A DNA stretch of 64,000 nucleotides, taken from NCBI GenBank assembly GCA_031367385.1, contig JANLPS010000055.1, positions 20,098 to 84,097 on the forward strand. The letters run 5' to 3'. Source of the stretch: Archangium sp. (GTDB lineage Bacteria > Myxococcota > Myxococcia > Myxococcales > Myxococcaceae). A model generated the notes under the pieces. That model did no database searches, was not told the origin of the DNA, and was given only the letters and a program-made list of their open reading frames with translations. Numbering within the stretch: the first letter of the stretch is position 1; the number at the start of each line of letters is the position of its first letter. Made by a program: the position numbers and the translations under genes. Shown here one piece after another: positions 57,047 to 64,000 of the stretch.

Positions 57047-58498
57047 TCAGTGACACTGCTCGATCTTCTGAGTAGTCGTCTGCGTGAACTGGCAGAGAAT
57101 GCCACTGCAGGACAAAACGAAGCCCTTGTTGCCGCACTGCGTGTCGGGCGCGATGCCCGAGATGCACAGGCTGCGCACGCACGAGTACTGGCCCTCGTAC
57201 TCGATGCTGCCGTTCGAGTTCCAGTCGAAGTTGCCGCACTTGTTCGGTAACGCGAAGTACGTGGTATCTGACACTTTCGGGTTCGTGCCCGGGTCGCCAT
57301 CGCAGGTATCAGCGTTGTTCGTCGCGTACCCCGGCTTGGTCACCGGGCCACCGCAGAAGCCGATCGGCGCGGCGTTGATGTCGCCGTACCCATCGCCGTC
57401 GTTGTCGACGTAGTACAGCGTGCACTGCATCGAGTTGCACTCGCAGGGCGCCTTGCAGCTCAAGTTGTCTGACTTGAGCCCAGCGCACTGACCGCCGATG
57501 CACAGCGCGTTCTTGTTGCAGCTCAGGTTGCCGCACACTGAGCCGCTGCAGACGTTCGAGCACGCGCCCGACTCACCACAGGTGCCGGGCGTGCACTTGT
57601 TCTTGGGGTCGCTGCCGATCGGCGCGTGGGTGCACAGGCCCTGGGTGTTGGCGCATGAGTCGCAATCACCCGTGCAGTCGCTGTTGCAGCACACATTCGC
57701 CGCGCAGTGCCCGGTGCCGCATTCATTGGGCGCGGTGCAGTTGGCACCCGGGTCGGCCTTCTTCACGCACGCGCCCGTCGTCTTCTGGCAATAGTGGGTT
57801 GAATCGCAATCGGTGTCGGCGCTGCACGAGGTCCTGCAGCTGTTGCCATTGCACGCGAAGCCCTGGCACGAGCTCGACACCGCGAGCTGGCACGACCCGT
57901 TTGCATTGCAGGTCGACTGGGGCTGCACCACGCCATCAGTGCACCCTGCCGTGGGGCCACACTTCGTACCGGCCTGGGCCACTCGGTCTGGAGGGCAGGT
58001 CGCGGTGTTGGCGACGCAGGTCTCGACCACGTCGCATTCGCCAACCGGGGGTCGGCAGGCCTGACCTGCGCACTCGCTGTCGGCGCAGTCGGCTTTGCTG
58101 TCGCCATCGTTGTCGATGCCGTCGTAACAAGAGCCCTTGTTGCCTTCGCCAGTGCCGCCGTCGAACACCGGGCCGGCATCACTCGGCATCGAGCCCGCGT
58201 CTTTGGAGCCGCCATCGACCTTGCCGCCTCCGTCGCGGGTGGTACCGCCGCCACCTCCGCCAGAGCCGCCACCCGTGCCACCGCCCGCATCACCTGGAAC
58301 CGTGCCCCCACCGCCTCCGGTTTCACCGCCCACCAATGCGCAATGGCCAGAGACACAGACCTGACCCTCGAGACAATTGGCCTCGGTCATACAGGGAGCT
58401 CCGGTCAACGTCGGAAAGCAGCCCGGCAGAATCAGCGCAAAAGCGAGCGCTAAGCCTCCGGCCGGCACGAAAAAGTGCACAATTCGTCGCGATGTCAT
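57047..58498 (-). CDS. Cys-rich lipoprotein with disintegrin-like and DxDxDG motifs
   Basis: LILPG-C lipobox; Gly-rich linker; CYDGIDNDGD..ADC.D, CR...GECDV.E.C, YVDNDGDGYG. Confidence 0.8.
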   Translation of the reverse strand: MTSRRIVHFFVPAGGLALAFALILPGCFPTLTGAPCMTEANCLEGQVCVSGHCALVGGETGGGGGTVPGDAGGGTGGGSGGGGGGTTRDGGGKVDGGSKDAGSMPSDAGPVFDGGTGEGNKGSCYDGIDNDGDSKADCADSECAGQACRPPVGECDVVETCVANTATCPPDRVAQAGTKCGPTAGCTDGVVQPQSTCNANGSCQLAVSSSCQGFACNGNSCRTSCSADTDCDSTHYCQKTTGACVKKADPGANCTAPNECGTGHCAANVCCNSDCTGDCDSCANTQGLCTHAPIGSDPKNKCTPGTCGESGACSNVCSGSVCGNLSCNKNALCIGGQCAGLKSDNLSCKAPCECNSMQCTLYYVDNDGDGYGDINAAPIGFCGGPVTKPGYATNNADTCDGDPGTNPKVSDTTYFALPNKCGNFDWNSNGSIEYEGQYSCVRSLCISGIAPDTQCGNKGFVLSCSGILCQFTQTTTQKIEQCH

Positions 58499-58608
58499 GG
58501 AGTTTCCCCAACGGGTACAGATGCGGCCCAAGAGTGAACAGTGTGTTCGCTCCGACGCGAACATTCAAGCGCCGCGCGTGCCATGCGCCCGCCGCACCGA
58601 CATGTCTG

Positions 58609-59346
58609 GTGTTGGCGTTGATGGTGGGTCTTGCGCCCGCACTCGCCGAGGCACGCCCGCTGAGGGTGTTCATCGATGCGGGGCACGGGGTCACCGGCAA
58701 CGACGGCAACCACGGCGCCTACTGCCAGCTCGAGAAAGACCACGCGTTGTCGGTGGCGCTGGCCTTGGCGAAGGCGCTGCCGGCCCTGGGAGCAGTCGAG
58801 GTCAAGCTGAGCCGCCAAACCGATTCGGGGCCGTCGTATGCAGCTCGAATTCACGACGCCGAGGTGTGGAGGGCCGACGCCATCATCAGCCTCCACTCCG
58901 ATGCGCGAGGCATGAGCTGGCCATGGTCGCCCTTCGAGGGGCAATCGCTGGTCTGCCAGCGCAACTCGCTCGAGCCAGGCTTCGCGGTGCTGTGGAATGA
59001 TGGAGGCCCGAAGAAGATCAACCAGGCCCGCGAGCGTCTGGGCCGGGCGGTGATCGAAGCGATGGTGAGCGCCGGGTTCACGCCCTATGACGGCCGCAAC
59101 TACGGAGCGCTCTACCGCCCCGACCTGACCGAAGGCGGCTGGGTCGACATTCGGCCCCGCGGCCAAGACGTCTACTTTCTGCGCGGCTCGGCCACGGTAC
59201 CCACGGTCATCATCGAGACCCACCACGCGCTCGACGTCGACGAGGTGGCTCGCTGGCAAGACCCGAAGACGGTGCAGACGTTCGCCGAAGCGCTGTGGGC
59301 GGGGTTGCAAACCGCCCTGAATCAAGACCCAGACCCTGGCCGGTAG
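58609..59346 (+). CDS. N-acetylmuramoyl-L-alanine amidase (Amidase_3)
   Basis: VFIDAGHG, EK, ISLHSD, VIIET; start uncertain (58609 or 58621). Confidence 0.85.
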   Translation: MLALMVGLAPALAEARPLRVFIDAGHGVTGNDGNHGAYCQLEKDHALSVALALAKALPALGAVEVKLSRQTDSGPSYAARIHDAEVWRADAIISLHSDARGMSWPWSPFEGQSLVCQRNSLEPGFAVLWNDGGPKKINQARERLGRAVIEAMVSAGFTPYDGRNYGALYRPDLTEGGWVDIRPRGQDVYFLRGSATVPTVIIETHHALDVDEVARWQDPKTVQTFAEALWAGLQTALNQDPDPGR

Positions 59347-60791
59347 CGCACCACCAGGGTCGACACGTCGTCGCGTTGCTCGAGTGTCCATTCTTTCACC
59401 GAGGCCATGATGCGGTCGCGCAGCGCACTGGGCGAGAGCTCGCCGCCAGCTTCGATGAGCGCACACAGCCGCTCGACGCCGTATTGCTGCTTCTGGCGAT
59501 TGCGCGCCTCGAGCACGCCGTCGGTGTAGAGCACGAGCAGGTCTCCCGGCATCAACTGGAGCTCGGTCTCGGTGGTGAAGGGAGCCACGTCTGCCATGCC
59601 GCCCAGCCAGGTGCCCGGGGTGGCGATGAGCTCGCACTTGCGCGACTGGGCGCGCCAGATGATCAAGTCTTCGTGCGCTCCGGTGAAGACGAAGCGGCCG
59701 TCGTGAAAGTACCGCAAGAGCACCAGGGTGACGTGCTCGTCTTTCTTCATGCGCTTGCGAATGTTGTCGTAGAGCACCGCGTTCATCGCCTGGAGCGCCT
59801 CGCGCGGTGCGATGCGCGGTTGGGCGGCGACGATGCCCGCGAGCGTGCTCTGCGCCATCAGCATCACCAGGCCGCTGGTGAGGCCGTGACCTGCGACGTC
59901 GCCGACTCCGAACCAGGCGCCATCGGGGGTCTTGAGCACGTCGTAATAGTCACCACCGACCGACGCGACCGGGGTCATCGCAGCCGCGATGTCGAGCTGG
60001 GGAATGTCGAAGGTCTCGGGCAGCACCAGCTGCTGAATGCGCGCCGCGATCTGCATCTCTTGTTCGAGGGAGACCTTCTCGAGGGTGGCCAGGTCGCGAG
60101 CGACCACCAGCCGCGCCACCAACACCACACCCAGCGGCACCAGCAGCATCGAGGCGGCGAACATCAGCAACATCAGCAGGCGCTGCGTGGCGCGGGCGGC
60201 CTGGCCGAGCGTGGCCGAGAAGTGCTCTTCGAGTGGCGTCACCTGGGCGTCGATGGTGTCGACCCGCTCGACCAGCGCGGCGATGGCGGCCTGATCACCC
60301 GCCCTGACCCGCGCATGCAGCTCGTCGGCGACTGCTTGGAGCTGAATCACCGACTGGTCACCCTCGCGCCAGGTGTCGATGGCCTCGGCCATGAATGAGA
60401 CCCGGCCGAAGAAGAGAAACAACCGAATCATGCCAGGCACGTCATCGGGGTGATTGCCGCCTTGCAGAAACCCATCGCGCGCGACGCGAAGGTCAGGCGC
60501 TTGGCTCGAGAGGGTCTCGCGGGCGAGGCGATCTCCCATTGGCAAAGCGAGCGATTTCGAAACCGCGGCGAAGGTGGCCTCGTCGTGATTTCGCGCGTAC
60601 TCGAGCAGATAGAAAATGGCGTCTTTCTGACCCTTCGACCACAGGCTCTCGCCGGTGACGTACGAGCGCACCGACGACATGATCTCCATGCTCAGGGTGG
60701 CCATCAGCAGCAGCGCAGCGACGGCGGCCAACAGGGGCCAGAGCGTCGCCAACAAGCCACGCAGGTTGACCTTCAGAATTGAAGGGGTCAC
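59322..60791 (-). CDS. membrane-bound PP2C/SpoIIE phosphatase
   Basis: Two TM with periplasmic domain; VGGDYYD, GDVAGHG, YTDG, DDV. Confidence 0.92.
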   Translation of the reverse strand: MTPSILKVNLRGLLATLWPLLAAVAALLLMATLSMEIMSSVRSYVTGESLWSKGQKDAIFYLLEYARNHDEATFAAVSKSLALPMGDRLARETLSSQAPDLRVARDGFLQGGNHPDDVPGMIRLFLFFGRVSFMAEAIDTWREGDQSVIQLQAVADELHARVRAGDQAAIAALVERVDTIDAQVTPLEEHFSATLGQAARATQRLLMLLMFAASMLLVPLGVVLVARLVVARDLATLEKVSLEQEMQIAARIQQLVLPETFDIPQLDIAAAMTPVASVGGDYYDVLKTPDGAWFGVGDVAGHGLTSGLVMLMAQSTLAGIVAAQPRIAPREALQAMNAVLYDNIRKRMKKDEHVTLVLLRYFHDGRFVFTGAHEDLIIWRAQSRKCELIATPGTWLGGMADVAPFTTETELQLMPGDLLVLYTDGVLEARNRQKQQYGVERLCALIEAGGELSPSALRDRIMASVKEWTLEQRDDVSTLVVRYRPGSGS

Positions 60792-61171
60792 TCGGTCTGT
60801 ATCTCGACCACGTTGGCAGCGAAGCACGAGAGGGCGAACAGACTCGCGCGTTGCCAGCGAATGTCTTTGCTCGAGTGCAAGATCACCCGGTACTGCTCGG
60901 GGTCAGCACGGGTCTTGATCTTCGAGAGCCAGGCGACGAATTCTTTGAAGCACGACGAGCTCATGAACTCGAGCTGTCGAAAGTCGACCTCGACCCGGGT
61001 CGCCTGACGAGACCGGGCGGCATCGTCGGTGGTGCTGAGCACGGTCGGCAGCAGCTCGCGCACGTCGTTCTCGGCCGACCCGATGAGGGTCAAGACCAGG
61101 TCGCTGGGCTCGCGCGCGGTGAGCGAGGCGTTGAAGTCGGGGGCCTGGGTCGAGAAAATGACAGGGTTCAT
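60788..61171 (-). CDS. STAS-like phosphoacceptor (slr1659/SiaC-like)
   Basis: VDFRQLEFMSSS, WQRASL. Confidence 0.7.
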   Translation of the reverse strand: MNPVIFSTQAPDFNASLTAREPSDLVLTLIGSAENDVRELLPTVLSTTDDAARSRQATRVEVDFRQLEFMSSSCFKEFVAWLSKIKTRADPEQYRVILHSSKDIRWQRASLFALSCFAANVVEIQTE

Positions 61172-61173
61172 GG

Positions 61174-61677
61174 TCAGGCCACTTTGGGGAGGTTGCTGAT
61201 GGCTTCGATCGAAAGCTCACCGCTCTCGTCGTACGCGCTGCTCAACGACATCTGGCACTCGGCGACGATGCGCGCCAACCCCAACCCCGACTGCTCGGCG
61301 CTCTTCGCGCTCTCGTGCAGCATCTCTTGATACACCTTCGCGGGTTCACCGCCCTGCAGCCGGCTGATCTGCCCCCTCACCCTCGCGGCCGATTCACGGG
61401 TCGCCTGATTTCGGGTGATCAGCACCACGTGGTGGCTGTGGCACAAGTCGAGCTTGACCTCGAGTGAGGTGGTCGAGTCGGTCGAGTACCTGACCGCGTT
61501 CTCGAGCAGCTCGTGCACGGCGACCACCAACCCCGAGACGAAGTCAGGGTCATCGCGGCCATTCGACTCGACGAAACCCCGAACGAAGCGGCGCACATGG
61601 GGCAGCGTCTTCAAGTTGAGGTGCACGAAGACCGTGGCGAAGTGCTCACTGCCGGCCGGTTTCGTGAGGGGCTGCAT
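61174..61677 (-). CDS. stand-alone HATPase kinase (slr1658/SiaB-like)
   Basis: HELLENAVRY N-box and SGLGLARI G-box, no H-box. Confidence 0.78.
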   Translation of the reverse strand: MQPLTKPAGSEHFATVFVHLNLKTLPHVRRFVRGFVESNGRDDPDFVSGLVVAVHELLENAVRYSTDSTTSLEVKLDLCHSHHVVLITRNQATRESAARVRGQISRLQGGEPAKVYQEMLHESAKSAEQSGLGLARIVAECQMSLSSAYDESGELSIEAISNLPKVA

Positions 61678-61728
61678 GAGGGCGCTATCGTGCGCAATCG
61701 ACCTGGGCCCGTCAACACTTCGGCGACA

Positions 61729-62673
61729 TCAGACCAGCCCCAGCGGTACCGGCATGAACACGAGCACCGTGAGCACCCAGCAGGTGATGCAGGTGATTTT
61801 TCGGCCCACCGAGAGCGGCTGTACCTCATCGGTGGTGGGCGGGTGCTCGAAGCCGAAGACGCGGGTGATCAGAAAGAACCAGATCAACCACGAATAGCTG
61901 AAGAACAAGGCGAGCACGAGCAAGGCCGAGGCGACGGTGTGGCCAATCTGAACCGACTTGGGGCCGAACCACGCATGCACCAGGTGACCGCCATCGAGCT
62001 GACCTGCGGGCATCAGGTTGAGCATGGTGATCAGCATGCCGAACCAAGCGGCGAGGAGCACGGGGTGCGCATTGACGTCGAAGCCGTGCGGTACCGGGCC
62101 GACCAGCCCCCGCTGCGCGAGCAGCATCACCAGGTTGTCGCCGAAGAGGGTGCCGTGCAGCGCGGTGTCTTCAGTGGGGGGCGTGTGGTCGACGACGCTG
62201 CGGGCCCAGTCTCCGAGCGCGCCCGCAGCCGACCAGAGCGACATCTGCGAGGGGAACGTGTCGGGGGGGAGCGGGTTGGGCGAGACCGGCGAGAGCATGA
62301 AGCCGACGACGAGCAGCGGGAGCGCGACGGCGAGCCCGGCGAGAGGCCCGGCGGCACCGATGTCGACGAGCGCATTCTTGTTCGGCACGCGGCCGCGAAG
62401 GCGAATGACGGCGCCCAAGGTGCCAAACCCAAGTGGGAAAGGAATGAAAAACGGGAACGAGGTTTCGACGCCGTGGGCTTTGGCCATCGCCCAGTGGCCC
62501 ATCTCGTGCGAGCCGAGAATCAGCAGCACGCTGACGGTGAAAAAGCCGGTGCCCCACAGCTGATCATCGAGCGCTTCACTCTCGACGCCGCCGTGCCACA
62601 GCCACAAAAAAACGAAGAACACGCTGACCGCGGTGGCAAGGAGCAGCGCCAGGTTCAGCCACCCACGTCGCAT
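61729..62673 (-). CDS. site-2 protease (M50) family
   Basis: HEMGH, GTLGAVI, AGPLAG, NLMPAGQLDGGH. Confidence 0.92.
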   Translation of the reverse strand: MRRGWLNLALLLATAVSVFFVFLWLWHGGVESEALDDQLWGTGFFTVSVLLILGSHEMGHWAMAKAHGVETSFPFFIPFPLGFGTLGAVIRLRGRVPNKNALVDIGAAGPLAGLAVALPLLVVGFMLSPVSPNPLPPDTFPSQMSLWSAAGALGDWARSVVDHTPPTEDTALHGTLFGDNLVMLLAQRGLVGPVPHGFDVNAHPVLLAAWFGMLITMLNLMPAGQLDGGHLVHAWFGPKSVQIGHTVASALLVLALFFSYSWLIWFFLITRVFGFEHPPTTDEVQPLSVGRKITCITCWVLTVLVFMPVPLGLV

Positions 62674-62791
62674 GCGTCGAACGCCTCTCAAGCTTTCTTC
62701 GAAGTGACTGATTGACAGGTTGCGCTCCGTCCATATGCTGCCGCGCCACTTTGGGCGGACATTTCTTTTCTTTCTTTCAAGGAGTAACCAC

Positions 62792-63142
62792 ATGAAGAAC
62801 GTATTTTTCGCGATGGCATTGGCGGTCTCGGTCTCGGCGTGCACCTCGGTTGATTCGGCGACGGTGGCAGGCAACGAAGTGGTCGGCGTCGGCGGCGAAG
62901 CGGTGGCGGTGATTCAGGCCAGCTCGATCGGCTTCACCTTGATCTTTCACATCGTCGACATCGTCTCGTCAGACCTCGATCAGGTCGTGAACAAACTGCT
63001 GGTCACCGAGGCCAAGCAGATGGGCGCCTCGAAGATCGACCTGAAGAGCGCCAACACCACCCCGCGTCACGGCATCTTTGCGCTGTTCGGCGGCATCGTT
63101 GGTTTCCCGACGTCGACCGGCACGGCGATCGCGGTCAAATAA
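62792..63142 (+). CDS. small hypothetical lipoprotein
   Basis: AAGGAG RBS; AVSVSA-C lipobox. Confidence 0.75.
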   Translation: MKNVFFAMALAVSVSACTSVDSATVAGNEVVGVGGEAVAVIQASSIGFTLIFHIVDIVSSDLDQVVNKLLVTEAKQMGASKIDLKSANTTPRHGIFALFGGIVGFPTSTGTAIAVK

Positions 63143-63222
63143 GGCCCGCACGCGCAGAGTGGTCTTCACCGAGGGCTCGTCTGCAGGTGCAGGCGGGCCT
63201 TTGCTGTGTCAGAGGGCGTTCG

Positions 63223-64000
63223 ATGCGCTTCGTCTTTCTCAGCATGAGCCTGGTGCTGCTCGGGTGCCGGTCAGGTTCGACCGAGTCGTTGGTCTCCGAG
63301 GTCAAGCGGGTGCAGCTCGAGCGCGACAAGAAGCTGAACGCGTACCATGTGGTAGTCGAGAGCGAGCAAGGCGAGGCACGGGCGAAGCACGAGTTTTTTT
63401 TTCGCTCGCCGAACCGAAGCCGGGGCGTGATTTCAGCGCCCGAGCCGCTGACCCTGTCGTTCGATGGCGCCCGTTTCTACAAGCTGACTCCGGCCGAGAA
63501 GAAGCTCGAGATCTACGAGCTGGCCTTGACCCAGGAGAACGCGGCCTACTTTCTGGCCAGCACGTTCACCCCCTTCGTGCCCGAGGGGTACCGCACCTTG
63601 CTGTTGCCTTCGAGGGGGGTGACGGTGAAGAAGGTCAGCCATGCCAAGGCGGCCGACGCGGTCGAGGTGACGGTCTCGGTCGACGGGGCGACGGTGGTGT
63701 GGGTGCTGCGCTGGCCCTCGGGTGACGTGCTCTCGAAGCGCGCGGGTGAGATCGAGCTGACGGTCGACCAGGAGCACTGCGATCAAGCCCTTGGCCTGTG
63801 TGTGCCGAAACTGGTCACCCAGCGGCACAATGGGGTGGTTCAAGCGACTACCTCCCTGAACACCATCGAGCTGAACCCTCAGTTACCGAACGATTTCTTT
63901 ACCTTGACCGCTCCAGTAGGCTTTCTTGTGGAGAAGCACGAGTTGGTCGAGACGAAAAGCGACGAACCGGTGCGGCAAAAGGCGGATGCGTCATGGCTGC
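63223..64000 (+). CDS. LolA-like lipoprotein (runs off window end)
   Basis: Translated by hand: MRFVFLSMSLVLLG-C, FRSPNRSR, SFDG..FY, ELNPQLP.DFF...P.G; no stop before 64000, so absent from the ORF track. Confidence 0.7.
   Translation, partial: MRFVFLSMSLVLLGCRSGSTESLVSEVKRVQLERDKKLNAYHVVVESEQGEARAKHEFFFRSPNRSRGVISAPEPLTLSFDGARFYKLTPAEKKLEIYELALTQENAAYFLASTFTPFVPEGYRTLLLPSRGVTVKKVSHAKAADAVEVTVSVDGATVVWVLRWPSGDVLSKRAGEIELTVDQEHCDQALGLCVPKLVTQRHNGVVQATTSLNTIELNPQLPNDFFTLTAPVGFLVEKHELVETKSDEPVRQKADASWL

Overview
High-GC chromosomal window that looks myxobacterial (MYXO-CTERM tail, PEGA/FHA Ser/Thr kinases, stand-alone atpH, orphan Hsp70). It holds about 58 plausible CDSs. I saw no rRNA, tRNA, CRISPR array, integrase or transposase. 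It very probably spans the replication origin: dnaA and recF are divergent, dnaN and gyrB are absent, and a DnaA-box array lies between them. Best leads: (1) a 1794-aa kinase-STAND NTPase-TM-WD40 protein whose WD40 half has foreign-looking composition, followed by a 46-aa double-glycine, lanthipeptide-like precursor with no modifying enzyme nearby, possibly an exchangeable receptor/peptide cassette; (2) a ChrB-less chromate locus (chrA, chrC-like SOD, DUF5916, YncE, DUF1080, CusRS-like two-component system) whose promoters share a CTGACGAA-N3-KTCA box; (3) strong enrichment of a D-[AG]-G motif in exported proteins; (4) a MoaD with a masked C-terminus (GG-SQ) and no JAB protease nearby. All family calls come from motif recognition by eye, not database searches. 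Start codons are best estimates.
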